From the IMG/VR virus record IMGVR_UViG_2623620416_000002, positions 41,253 through 105,252 of that record: a stretch of DNA of 64,000 nucleotides. One strand, written 5' to 3'. The notes beneath the pieces are model-generated. The model was not told where the DNA came from. It worked only from the letters and a program-made list of their open reading frames with translations, and searched no databases. Positions within the stretch are counted from its first letter, which is position 1. The number at the start of each line of letters is the position of its first letter. This DNA is from a virus. Taxonomy: Duplodnaviria > Heunggongvirae > Uroviricota > Caudoviricetes. Positions 44,483 through 53,762 of the stretch are shown here, one piece after another. Position numbers and translations under genes: made by a program.

Positions 44483-44789
44483 CCTCCTTCAGTTTAGCAA
44501 TAAACTTAGCTCTCAATGCGGGTGGAAGTGCATTAAGGTCAATCTTGAGAGATGGTTTAGCTTTTTTAGGTTTTGTTCCCTTACGGGCTTCACCATAAAA
44601 TAAATCAGCATCTTCTAAAGATAAGAAGATTGCAGGTTCACCGCCACCTGTTGTAGTTCTAATGACTCCAATTTGGGGTTCGCGTTCTTTCTCAGGAACA
44701 CGATTGATAGAACCACCACGCGCAAGATATTCTTCTATGGTTTCTACCTTAGAGAATTTACGAACTTCAGAGTGATTTTTCTTTGCCAT
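44403..44789 (-). CDS. hypothetical protein with acidic C-terminal tail (128 aa)
   Basis: ORF. Confidence 0.4.
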   Translation of the reverse strand: MAKKNHSEVRKFSKVETIEEYLARGGSINRVPEKEREPQIGVIRTTTGGGEPAIFLSLEDADLFYGEARKGTKPKKAKPSLKIDLNALPPALRAKFIAKLKEDVDGEGYEEEFEEINSEDDSEDGDED

Positions 44790-44820
44790 TAATATTCCTC
44801 CAAATTGTTATGGTTTCAGA

Positions 44821-45186
44821 TTATAAAAGTCGAGTTTTTTCTACAAGAGGGCTTATAAGTATAGACTCTATAGTATGAAAGCCATTTTCGCTGTAAGGAC
44901 AATATTGTTGAAACAACTCATGAACTTTTTCTGAGATATCAGGGTATATTTCGGTTACTGACTTTTCTCCTAAGTCTTTTCTAACATATTCACCGACATG
45001 GTAATTATAGTTATGATTCCAATCAATGCCATAATCACGAGATTTACCTTTATACGGTTTAAAATTTTTAATCGCTTCAATTAAAGGGAGAATTTTATTA
45101 AAGTCTTTATCATAAATCTCTGAGACTTTGGTAATATAGTCGGCATCATTAGTGTCAACTGTAATTGTAATTTCTTGTTTCGCCAT
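44821..45186 (-). CDS. hypothetical protein (121 aa)
   Basis: ORF. Confidence 0.45.
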   Translation of the reverse strand: MAKQEITITVDTNDADYITKVSEIYDKDFNKILPLIEAIKNFKPYKGKSRDYGIDWNHNYNYHVGEYVRKDLGEKSVTEIYPDISEKVHELFQQYCPYSENGFHTIESILISPLVEKTRLL

Positions 45187-45221
45187 AGATCCTCCAGATA
45201 GAAAGATCTAGTTTCAGAAAT

Positions 45222-45701
45222 CTATTTAAAGAGTTCTTCTTCGTGAATCGAAGGGAAAATGCCGTGTAATCGACGCATGTAGTCGATATATTCTTTTTCA
45301 TTTCGGCGTTTTATTAAATTAGTTCTTAAAGATTTAAACTCTCTATAAGTTCTATGAAAAAATAAGGGAAGATAATCATGGAATTGTATAGTTGCTTGAG
45401 CTTCTGGCATAATAGCGTGATTCAAGTTATTGACTTCACGATGATAAATATGACAATGTATTTGTTTAGCTATTTTATTGTAAGTTATGATGATTGTTTT
45501 AGTTGCATTAAATGGATCAGGTATTAACTCGTTATCAGATACTTTAACTTTGAATTGCCAAATAATTGTAGGTCCTGGGAAAGCCGCGTTACCAGTCCCT
45601 GACCCTATTGAGGGGTCTTCAAGGCGAAAGTTCTCAGGGTGAGTTTTAAGTGACTCACTGAGTTGCCTTAAGGTTAAGTATACGAGTTCCTCTTTCGTCA
45701 T
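45222..45701 (-). CDS. hypothetical protein (159 aa)
   Basis: ORF. Confidence 0.45.
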   Translation of the reverse strand: MTKEELVYLTLRQLSESLKTHPENFRLEDPSIGSGTGNAAFPGPTIIWQFKVKVSDNELIPDPFNATKTIIITYNKIAKQIHCHIYHREVNNLNHAIMPEAQATIQFHDYLPLFFHRTYREFKSLRTNLIKRRNEKEYIDYMRRLHGIFPSIHEEELFK

Positions 45702-45761
45702 GCAATCCCTTTAAAGGTATAATATAGCTACCTAGCTTATTCTATCAGGGAGAAGGTTTAA

Positions 45762-46551
45762 ATGGCCGCCACAACTGAGTTAACTGACAATTTAGCATAC
45801 GGAGTCGATCTTAAGAATCGACGTATTTATTTTGGATTAAACTTAGATTCGGCTGATGTTAATGAAAGCACAGATTTTACAATGTCATCCGTTGAATATG
45901 CTGTGCGAGCATTACATCGAATGGCTAGTGATGCACCAGGAAAACCAATAGAAATTCACATGTGCTCATACGGTGGTGATCCTTATGCTATGCTTCGCCT
46001 ATATGACGAAATCCATGCATGTCCTTGTCAAATTAAGTTCTTTGGCTCAGGTGCAATTATGTCATCTGCTACATGGATTATGGCAGGCTCAGATGAGCGA
46101 TATTTGCACCCTAATGCAACCGTTATGGTGCATGATGGAAGTGATTCAAATCCAGGCAGCAGAGATGAAGCGTTTACAAGATAAGCTATATGAAATCTAT
46201 GCTGACAATAGCAGAATGCCTATTGAATTTTGGGCCGATGTATGTCAGCGTGATTTGTATCTTACGGCCAGCGAAGCAGTGTCATTAGGACTAGCTGATA
46301 AAGTGATTGAACCTAAGAAGCGTGGTAACTTACGTAAAGCTCGATATGCTGCTTTAAAGAAAGAACCAGATACTAAAGAAATGAATAAACTATTAAAAGA
46401 TGTTTATGCACGTATTAATAAAGTTAAAGTACCTAAAATAGAACTTAATGAAATTAAAAAAGAAGCTGCAGACTCTAATCTTATTATTGATGAAACAAAA
46501 ACGCCGGAAGTAAATCCGGCGCCAACAGATATTGCTGTTAAGAAAGATTGA
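45762..46551 (+). pseudogene. ClpP-like (S14) serine peptidase gene interrupted by a +1 frameshift near 46143–46160; pseudogene, programmed frameshift or assembly error
   Basis: Frame 0 (45762–46184) carries the Ser (GSGAIMSSATW) and His (VMVHDG) regions; frame +1 (to 46551) carries the ClpP C-terminal helix and Asp region (AAEMKRLQDKLYEIYA…CQRDLYLTASEAVSLGLADKVIE). Confidence 0.5.
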
Positions 46552-46727
46552 GCGGTCAGACGCTACTCTGACTCATGGAGTTTCAGTCACTTCTATACGT
46601 CCCGTTCGCTTGCGCTAGGGTATCGGTACTCCAACAGATGACCATTCTTGTGTGTCTCCAATAGGCTGTCAAATCATTTAACGCGACCAGCGAGCACCTA
46701 TAGCTTTCCACACCGCACTCAAATATA
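46552..46727. other. ORF-free GC-enriched hairpin-rich spacer
   Basis: GTCAGA-CGCTAC-TCTGAC hairpin directly after the ClpP-like stop; GGAGT…ACTCC long-range pairing. Confidence 0.3.
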
Positions 46728-46973
46728 TTAAGAATTTTTAACTATTTTAATTAAACTCTTTTTAGCATTTGCAGCTCCACCATTATTGAACAATGAATTC
46801 AATTGAGTGCGAGTTACAAACTGTGTAAGAGCTGCAACTTTAGCAGAACGAATTCCAGCGCGTGGACTGAATGCGTTTGCGAACGTAGATAGATTAGTAA
46901 AATTACTAACGCTAAGTTTACGAAGCTCATTCAAAAGAACTGGACGCGTATACTTCTTAGTAGAGAAAGCCAT
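46728..46973 (-). CDS. hypothetical small basic protein (81 aa)
   Basis: ORF flanked on both sides by ORF-free structured DNA. Confidence 0.4.
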   Translation of the reverse strand: MAFSTKKYTRPVLLNELRKLSVSNFTNLSTFANAFSPRAGIRSAKVAALTQFVTRTQLNSLFNNGGAANAKKSLIKIVKNS

Positions 46974-47294
46974 TTAATACTCCTGTTATTTGTTTAGGGA
47001 CATTGAAAATATATTATACGATTGAACAATTTTTGGGTGAAGGAATATGCCGATACTAGGCGTGGTTCTATCTTGACCTAAATAGAGCGCACTTCTCGGC
47101 ACCAGTCAACCCATATCATATTTAACGGACCTCAGCTACTTCACCACCATTTGGACTGCTTTAGTAATGTTGCAATCTGATTACCGACGCATCTGTCATT
47201 ATGCAGTACTCAGCTACGACACGTAGCTTGCTAAATACCGATCTCATTTCCATGTGTCCCAGGGAAGAATGAGCACCTCTGATCCTAGGAGAAT
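46974..47294. other. ORF-free 320-bp GC-enriched segment with hairpins
   Basis: AGCTACG-ACA-CGTAGCT perfect 7-bp hairpin; no ORF ≥60 aa. Confidence 0.3.
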
Positions 47295-47441
47295 TTATGC
47301 TAAAAGGATTTTCTCCAATTTAGCTTGTAATCTTTTAAATTTATACTTTGCTTGTTTTATTGCGTACTTTTGGTCTTTATAGGTACCAATAAGTTTATCA
47401 TCAGGGTCTCTTACTTCATAAGAGAGATATTCTTCTAGCAT
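47295..47441 (-). CDS. hypothetical small protein (track ORF 47295–47558 trimmed to the internal ATG because its 5' part overlaps a tRNA)
   Basis: ORF. Confidence 0.3.
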   Translation of the reverse strand: MLEEYLSYEVRDPDDKLIGTYKDQKYAIKQAKYKFKRLQAKLEKILLA

Positions 47442-47521
47442 CCACGATGTGGCGCTTTGACCTCCACGAGGAAGGTTTTCGACTTGCACAATTTTGAAAT
47501 AGTCGTTCCACTTATTCAAGA

Positions 47522-47615
47522 TGGTACTCCCGCTGGGATTCGAACCCAGATCCAACACTAATCAGGTGCTTAAAGTCGTTATAAGCGACTGGCTCAGAAC
47601 CTCTGAACGGGAGCA
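47522..47615 (-). tRNA. tRNA, type II length (93 nt); anticodon loop reads CTTATAA (UAU) as folded
   Basis: Acceptor GCTCCCG/CGGGAGT; anticodon arm AGTCG-CTTATAA-CGACT; 24-nt variable arm; T-arm CTGGG-TTCGAAT-CCCAG; ACCA. Confidence 0.5.
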
Positions 47616-47639
47616 TTATAAATGTCCCGTATTATATAG

Positions 47640-47843
47640 TCAATCACGTTTCTTTATCCTTATTTCGTAAATATCTTCGTAGAACTTATTGTATTCTAAT
47701 ATACCAAGTTTATTCATAAGTCGGAGCAGGCAATCTAATTTATAGACACTTTCATCGTAAGTTGCACTATAAGAGGCTGTATCTATTAGATAATAATAAC
47801 AGCCATCTTCTTCCCGCCATGGAGTTTTTACCTCAGGGTTCAT
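47640..47843 (-). CDS. hypothetical small protein (67 aa)
   Basis: ORF. Confidence 0.35.
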   Translation of the reverse strand: MNPEVKTPWREEDGCYYYLIDTASYSATYDESVYKLDCLLRLMNKLGILEYNKFYEDIYEIRIKKRD

Positions 47844-48844
47844 TAGTCGTCGCCGAAACCCATTCCCATACGCTTAGATCTTTCTTCAAAGTCTCTCTTA
47901 AATAATGCTGTATGATCTATCATTTCTTTAATGACTTGAGAATGAGACTTGTCATCAAGTTCAGCGCGAACAGCAATCTCTTCTAAGTGTGCCACTGAAA
48001 ACTCTTCAGAACCCTTAGTGTTAAGAGAGTCTTGCTCTTCTTGAGTGAGCTCTCTTTTACAGATAAACTTCATAAGATCAATCTTCTCAGAATGAGAAGG
48101 TGCTTTTAGCTTTAACATTAAGTCAAAGCGACCTGGACGATCAGCTAAGGATGCTAATAGATTTTCAGGATGATTTGTTGTTGCAATAATAAACGTTGGC
48201 AAGAAGAACACAACACCAACACCATCTAATAGATTCAATAGACCAGAGTCTACTGCTGAATTAGAACGATGGCTTTCACGTTCACCACCACCAATATCTT
48301 CGATGATTAGAACCATACGAGTACAAGTCTCATGATAGCGTGAATTAGTAGACAACAATTTAACGATATCGTCTGCTTCAATTTCTGAAGTAGGCCATAC
48401 AACAATTACTGTGCCGGCATCTTCAGCCATTAAATCAGAACATACTTTTTCAATAGCAGATGTCTTACCCATACCAGGAGCAGAGTAAAGAAGTACTCCA
48501 CGCTTTTTAGGACGATTTAGCTTTTCATACACATGAAGACGACCGAAGAACTTATTAGCCTCACCCATGATTTTTGCTGTATTAGTACTTGTTTCAAGTA
48601 GAGCTCGCTTTTTAAACTCAAGCTTTACTAATTGGAGACCTTGCATTGTCTTGGTGAAGACAAATGAACCAGGTTTGATTTCATATTCACGAGCATCTTC
48701 TGGCTTCTCAAACTTGTATTGATAAATATGCTCGCCATCTTGAAAGCATAAATCAGACTCTGGGAGTTCTTGCTCAAGCCCAGCACTCATGTCTTTAAAT
48801 GATGTTTTCTTTTTAAGAAAAAACTTACCTTCATCAGATGACAT
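47843..48844 (-). CDS. AAA-family ATPase
   Basis: Walker A LLYSAPGMGKTS; Walker B VLIIEDIGGGE. Confidence 0.6.
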   Translation of the reverse strand: MSSDEGKFFLKKKTSFKDMSAGLEQELPESDLCFQDGEHIYQYKFEKPEDAREYEIKPGSFVFTKTMQGLQLVKLEFKKRALLETSTNTAKIMGEANKFFGRLHVYEKLNRPKKRGVLLYSAPGMGKTSAIEKVCSDLMAEDAGTVIVVWPTSEIEADDIVKLLSTNSRYHETCTRMVLIIEDIGGGERESHRSNSAVDSGLLNLLDGVGVVFFLPTFIIATTNHPENLLASLADRPGRFDLMLKLKAPSHSEKIDLMKFICKRELTQEEQDSLNTKGSEEFSVAHLEEIAVRAELDDKSHSQVIKEMIDHTALFKRDFEERSKRMGMGFGDD

Positions 48845-48845
48845 A

Positions 48846-49127
48846 TTATCTCCCTCGGCCTTTACATCTCCAGGCCATAAAATTGATCATGCTTTCCATT
48901 CTATTTGCAATCCAAGCTGACTTGTGAACATCGACTCTATCTTCTAGAGATTTCATAACTTGAGGCGTTCTTGCAATATCTACAAGCCAAATTGCTTTTG
49001 ATACAGATCTTGCAGTATGAATTTTGTTATACTCTAATCCTTTTGCAGGGTCTCCAAAGCGAGAGGTGCGTCTTCCAGATTTAGCATCTTCTCTTAATTT
49101 TTGAAAGAAATGTTTTAAGCTGCTCAT
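48846..49127 (-). CDS. hypothetical protein (93 aa)
   Basis: ORF. Confidence 0.4.
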   Translation of the reverse strand: MSSLKHFFQKLREDAKSGRRTSRFGDPAKGLEYNKIHTARSVSKAIWLVDIARTPQVMKSLEDRVDVHKSAWIANRMESMINFMAWRCKGRGR

Positions 49128-49366
49128 TATCCCTCACTTTTACCAATATAAGAATTGTCAATGATATATCCATGACTGCTTGCACGGTACTCTTTTTTAT
49201 TTACACCAGCTCTATATCCCTTATTTCTACTTGTAGCAACATACATAGACTTTAAGTGAAAGTGATCTGAATGGCTAGAAACCACATAATCTGTTTGAAT
49301 AAAATGAGGCTTACCAGGAAGACTAGAATCGTAGCGATCTAATAATTGATGTCTATATAGTGCCAT
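49127..49366 (-). CDS. hypothetical protein (79 aa)
   Basis: ORF. Confidence 0.4.
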   Translation of the reverse strand: MALYRHQLLDRYDSSLPGKPHFIQTDYVVSSHSDHFHLKSMYVATSRNKGYRAGVNKKEYRASSHGYIIDNSYIGKSEG

Positions 49367-50186
49367 TCTTAATACTATCCTTTGTTGCCGCTCTAATCTC
49401 GGCTTTTTCTTTAATTTCTTTAATATCTAAACCCATTTCTTTCATGGTGTTTCTATAAGTGGTCTTTTTAAGAGTCACTGTTCTTTCACCTTTATACTCG
49501 CCATAAGTTACTGTAACTGAGTCAGGTCTATAATCGTTCTCAATATCATAAGATGTTGAATTGTCCCAAAGACTTTCAAGAGGATAATAGGCTCCTTTAA
49601 TAGCAAGCTTAATTTCGCACTTACGAATCTCATTTTCAATAAATTCTTCAAATGCATCTGGTGCATTAAAATAACAAGTTAAAGAACCATACTTTTCTTT
49701 CAATTGACCTAAACTAATACGCTTATTAAACATACGATTTCTAATAGGATTAACGTATTTAATAATTAGAGCACGAAAGCCATAGCCAAATGAGTGAGTA
49801 AATCCGCCAAAAATATCTATAATTCTTTTAAAGATAGATTTTGTTGGTCTAAGTCCAGTCACTCGATCACGAGGCTTAGAATAGTCAGATGGCTTTTCAA
49901 AAATGTTCTTTTTGAATGCAGAGAAGAAACCATTCCAAGGACCTTTAATAAACCAATCAACTGGTGTACCTTGAATATAATAGCCGCGCATAGTACTTTC
50001 ATTATATTTAAAGCCTAACTCTTTATCAAGAGTTTCCATTAACTCTAATACTTCTGGTGCCCAAGAAACTGGACAATCAGGACTGCATTGAGATTTATCA
50101 AAGTATTTTTTCTCTAGTTTTTTAAGAGCCGCTTGATTTTCTTCTATGTTCCATTTAGGGGCATAGGTGATATCATTGTTATACAT
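49353..50186 (-). CDS. hypothetical protein (277 aa)
   Basis: ORF. Confidence 0.45.
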   Translation of the reverse strand: MYNNDITYAPKWNIEENQAALKKLEKKYFDKSQCSPDCPVSWAPEVLELMETLDKELGFKYNESTMRGYYIQGTPVDWFIKGPWNGFFSAFKKNIFEKPSDYSKPRDRVTGLRPTKSIFKRIIDIFGGFTHSFGYGFRALIIKYVNPIRNRMFNKRISLGQLKEKYGSLTCYFNAPDAFEEFIENEIRKCEIKLAIKGAYYPLESLWDNSTSYDIENDYRPDSVTVTYGEYKGERTVTLKKTTYRNTMKEMGLDIKEIKEKAEIRAATKDSIKNGTI

Positions 50187-50416
50187 TAGTCAACCTCTCG
50201 TTCATATTCTGCAAACCAAATTAAAAGAAAGCCTATAACAGATAGTCCAGTTGCTAATCCAATAGATAATCCAGTAGCACTAGCTGCACCTAAAGTTTGA
50301 TACAGTAAAGAACCAGCGCCGGCACCCATCATCACACCAATCAATCTACCTAATGCTCCCCAAAAACTACGTCTGAGTGCTTTTTTGTCAGGATGTTTCA
50401 TCATTCCTTTATACAC
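50186..50416 (-). CDS. small membrane protein (Gly/Ala-rich TM helices)
   Basis: LIGVMMGAGAGSLLYQTLGAASATGLSIGLATGLSVIGFLLIWF. Confidence 0.4.
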   Translation of the reverse strand: MYKGMMKHPDKKALRRSFWGALGRLIGVMMGAGAGSLLYQTLGAASATGLSIGLATGLSVIGFLLIWFAEYEREVD

Positions 50417-51426
50417 GCGTTGATTTTATGTTTGTTTAAACGATCTACAGCTTCTCTTATAACCTCAGGTGGATGAGCAATGTTCATCCGCATATATCCT
50501 GGTTGTCCAAATAGTTCTCCAGGAAGAATATAGACTTTTGCAGCTTTAGCATCCAATGCTGGACCTGCTTTAAACCAACCAAACATAGAATTAGATTTGC
50601 AAGGCACCATTTCTAGAACATCAGGATCCAATCTCTCGAGTTCTTTCCTTGCAAGGGCTATCGATGCACGTGCCTCTTTAACAAACTCTTTATAGTATGA
50701 CGGGTTCTCTTTAAAGATTAATTCTATATTGCGCGCAATATCTTGTGATGCAGCAGAGACGCCAGCAGTGGTCATCTCAATGTAATTAACCATGTCTGCG
50801 TAATACTTTTCATTATGAGCAACAGCATAGCCTATTCGTAGTCCACTTAAGCCATACATCTTGCTCATAGAAAAAACTTGTATATCACCAAGCGGTATAG
50901 TTAATTGATCATCAGGAAGATAGATGTCAGTGTAGTAGGCAGCATCATGTATCATCGGTCCACGGTAACGCCATTCAATAAGATCCAAGTTCGAGCAATT
51001 ACGGCCATCTGGATTGTTTGGGCTGGTGATGAGAAAGCTATCGCTACTTCCTTGATCACTCCAAACGAGACCAACAGACTCAGCAAGGCTAGGATTGGCG
51101 GGATAGTATGGCTTGTCGTAAAAGATTGTTGATGCTCCGTGCCGTTTAAATGAATACATAGCAGATGCGAGGGCTTGCTTAGCTCCATTGCACACAACAA
51201 TTTTAGCATCATACTTCTCCTCTAATATCTTTACTAAATCAGGCTTACCTGCTGCAGGTTGATATTCCCATTTAGGAAGATCATGTATTGTTGGCATTTT
51301 AAATGGATCGCCAAATCTATTTAATTGACGAAACAAAGCGCTCATTACAACTTTAGGTTCACCAAAGCTTAAATCAATCCAATCAGGTCCTAATAACAAT
51401 TTTTGTAGTTTTGCATCATTACTCAC
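50401..51426 (-). CDS. PLP-dependent aminotransferase class I/II (short, 341 aa)
   Basis: SMSKMYGLSGLRIGYAVA (SxxK…GxRxG PLP-lysine region); PNNPDG. Confidence 0.6.
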   Translation of the reverse strand: MSNDAKLQKLLLGPDWIDLSFGEPKVVMSALFRQLNRFGDPFKMPTIHDLPKWEYQPAAGKPDLVKILEEKYDAKIVVCNGAKQALASAMYSFKRHGASTIFYDKPYYPANPSLAESVGLVWSDQGSSDSFLITSPNNPDGRNCSNLDLIEWRYRGPMIHDAAYYTDIYLPDDQLTIPLGDIQVFSMSKMYGLSGLRIGYAVAHNEKYYADMVNYIEMTTAGVSAASQDIARNIELIFKENPSYYKEFVKEARASIALARKELERLDPDVLEMVPCKSNSMFGWFKAGPALDAKAAKVYILPGELFGQPGYMRMNIAHPPEVIREAVDRLNKHKINACIKE

Positions 51427-51628
51427 AATGAGTTTTTACCCATCTTTCGCAAAAGACTTTGATATCACGAGTACTAATGTAAATCTTATCTTTTTCTTTT
51501 CGCATTGGGCGAGAGATGTGATTACATATACCAAAGCGAGTTAACAAAATAATTAGCGCAGTTGTTGCACTTTCTTTTTTAAGAAACTCTACTAAAAGTG
51601 GATCGCGCATTTTGATCCTTAAGAAAAG

Positions 51629-51706
51629 TGGTTGCGGGGGCGAGACTTGCACTCGCATCTATCTAGGTTATGAGCCTAGTCTGGCACTACTTCCAGTCAC
51701 CCCGCG
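51629..51706 (-). tRNA. tRNA-Met (CAT) with C1×A72 mismatch (initiator-like)
   Basis: Anticodon arm CTAGG-CTCATAA-CCTAG; D-stem CTGG/CCAG; T-arm GCGAG-TGCAAGT-CTCGC; ACCA. Confidence 0.5.
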
Positions 51707-51714
51707 AATTTATA

Positions 51715-52140
51715 TTATACTAATGTTTTAGCAAATTCTTTAAGCTCTTCTGTTAAGAGCTCAGGATTTACACCCTTGGGAGCAAGAAGGACTTTAGTCC
51801 TAATAGTGCGAGGCTTAACAGCGCTTGTGTTTTGCTCTTCAATATCGCCAGTTGAAGCTGTTGGAGCTGCTTTATACACATGACCACCATTAAGCTCTTT
51901 AGCCTTTTTAAGATGATTCATAACCATGCTGCGACCATAAGTTCGCACTTCTGCGGCATTGGTAACATCTTTGCTGTATTCAATATTGCCAGCTAGAATA
52001 CCAGAAACAACAGCAGACTTTACTGCTTCTAATTGTGCATTAGACAGCAATAAAATCGCATTATCTGTTCCTTTAACGAAATTAGGGAGTTGTGCAATTA
52101 CTTCTGCAACTACTGCTTCTTTTTGACCGATCTTGCTCAT
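51715..52140 (-). CDS. hypothetical protein (141 aa)
   Basis: ORF. Confidence 0.45.
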   Translation of the reverse strand: MSKIGQKEAVVAEVIAQLPNFVKGTDNAILLLSNAQLEAVKSAVVSGILAGNIEYSKDVTNAAEVRTYGRSMVMNHLKKAKELNGGHVYKAAPTASTGDIEEQNTSAVKPRTIRTKVLLAPKGVNPELLTEELKEFAKTLV

Positions 52141-52149
52141 CCGAGCCTC

Positions 52150-52347
52150 CTATAAATATTTTGACTTAATGTATTTAGTTACTTTTTCAAAACCAATAGC
52201 TTCAATTAAAGCTTCCCATTCTTTGCGATTCTCACCAGAGAGGTTATCTCCTACTACTTCTTCAACACCATCTAATTCATCACCTAATTCTTGCGCATGT
52301 GCTTGAATATCTTGACGAATTGCTTTACTAAGATTGTCTGAAAACAT
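52150..52347 (-). CDS. hypothetical small protein (65 aa)
   Basis: ORF. Confidence 0.35.
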   Translation of the reverse strand: MFSDNLSKAIRQDIQAHAQELGDELDGVEEVVGDNLSGENRKEWEALIEAIGFEKVTKYIKSKYL

Positions 52348-52644
52348 TTAGCCTCCATGGAATACAAAGTTTTTACTATTCATTTCGGTAATGATTGTTA
52401 TATCTATATTTTCAACCGGTAAAACACTCCACTCATATTGGAGTAATTGTAGTTTACCTCTAATTTGAAGATCTCTTAAAATCGTCTCAACTTCCTTAGG
52501 ATGATCTGCGGACAGTTTAATCGACTTTAATTGATTATCATCTACAAGACCTTCTATTTTCAGGAATTGAAGTATATCATCTAGTTGACCGGTCATATTT
52601 TGAAGTCGCTCTAAACAAAGAATTTGATTTGCCTTTTTACTCAC
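52348..52644 (-). CDS. hypothetical protein (98 aa)
   Basis: ORF. Confidence 0.4.
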   Translation of the reverse strand: MSKKANQILCLERLQNMTGQLDDILQFLKIEGLVDDNQLKSIKLSADHPKEVETILRDLQIRGKLQLLQYEWSVLPVENIDITIITEMNSKNFVFHGG

Positions 52645-53276
52645 AACATCTCCAAAAGCTTTTTATACACAAGTATGGTGACCTGTGTATCGTATTTAGC
52701 TTCATGAGCTTTACCATCAAGTAGATCGTACACTTTGTAATACTGAGCCAATGATGTTAAAGAAAGAGACATATCAGCTGGAAGCTTTCCAATAATTTGG
52801 AGACTCATTGCTAAGCCAGTAATATCAATTTGTCTATAAGACACAAACTTTTCCATATTTAGCTTAGATAGTAAATGCTTTTGCAAGCCACCTACATCAA
52901 ACTGAACATTCTTTCCTAAAGGAATAAGTTTAATCTTGCCGTCTTGAGAGTTCTTTTTTAAGAACTGAAATAGCTTTTGCCCTGCTTCTGAATAAGAGAT
53001 AGCAATCTTATCATGTTCAACTAGGTTGATTAAGTTAACGGCTAGTCCACCTGCTTCAACACTATAAACACCATTGTTAGGTTTTACATAGAGTTCTAAA
53101 GAATCAACTACATTAAACTTTTCATCAATAACTTCAAGATAAGTAGATAGAAGACATACGTCTTCATGTAATCCACCAGTTTCATTATCCATAGCAAGAT
53201 ATAGTCTACTCATTATCATCTCCAAGTAATACTTTTTCAACAGCCAATTGCTCTTCCAATTGCTCAATGCGTTCAA
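52641..53276 (-). CDS. DEDDh 3'–5' exonuclease (DnaQ/RNase T-like)
   Basis: Exo I YLAMDNETGGLH; Exo III HEAKYDTQV. Confidence 0.6.
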   Translation of the reverse strand: MNALSNWKSNWLLKKYYLEMIMSRLYLAMDNETGGLHEDVCLLSTYLEVIDEKFNVVDSLELYVKPNNGVYSVEAGGLAVNLINLVEHDKIAISYSEAGQKLFQFLKKNSQDGKIKLIPLGKNVQFDVGGLQKHLLSKLNMEKFVSYRQIDITGLAMSLQIIGKLPADMSLSLTSLAQYYKVYDLLDGKAHEAKYDTQVTILVYKKLLEML

Positions 53277-53511
53277 TAAGTTTAGGAAGATAGTTCATTG
53301 CTGCCGCAGCATATCTGGCATCATCTGCCGCAGATCCACAGTATTTTTTATGTTCATCAGCAACTTCAGTAACATTAAACCAACGATTAAATGGTCCTCT
53401 GACTTGTCCACCGTGCTCAGCATACCAAGCAACTACTTGAGTTGATTTCTTTTCAAGTTCTTTTAGTTTTTGAAGATCTTCATAAGTGATTTTAGTTACC
53501 ATTTGACTCAT
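53206..53511 (-). CDS. hypothetical protein (101 aa)
   Basis: ORF. Confidence 0.4.
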   Translation of the reverse strand: MSQMVTKITYEDLQKLKELEKKSTQVVAWYAEHGGQVRGPFNRWFNVTEVADEHKKYCGSAADDARYAAAAMNYLPKLIERIEQLEEQLAVEKVLLGDDNE

Positions 53512-53762
53512 ATATCTTCTCCAGCTGCTTCTTCTGCAAGAGCTTGAATTTCTTCATTAAGCTTTTTATTTTCTTCTACTAATTTAGCTAAGTTTCTTAG
53601 TAGAAAGCGTTCAACTTTTCTACCTCTATTATCAGAGCATCTGCATCCACCATTTGTTGCCATGCCAGTGGGTTTAACATATTGACATGAGTTGTCGCCA
53701 CAACCTAAACCATGAATAACTGGATCTTCTAGCCATGTAAAGCCTTGAATAGGTGATCTCAT
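53508..53762 (-). CDS. Cys-rich small protein (84 aa)
   Basis: GLGCGDNSCQ…GGCRCSD. Confidence 0.4.
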   Translation of the reverse strand: MRSPIQGFTWLEDPVIHGLGCGDNSCQYVKPTGMATNGGCRCSDNRGRKVERFLLRNLAKLVEENKKLNEEIQALAEEAAGEDI

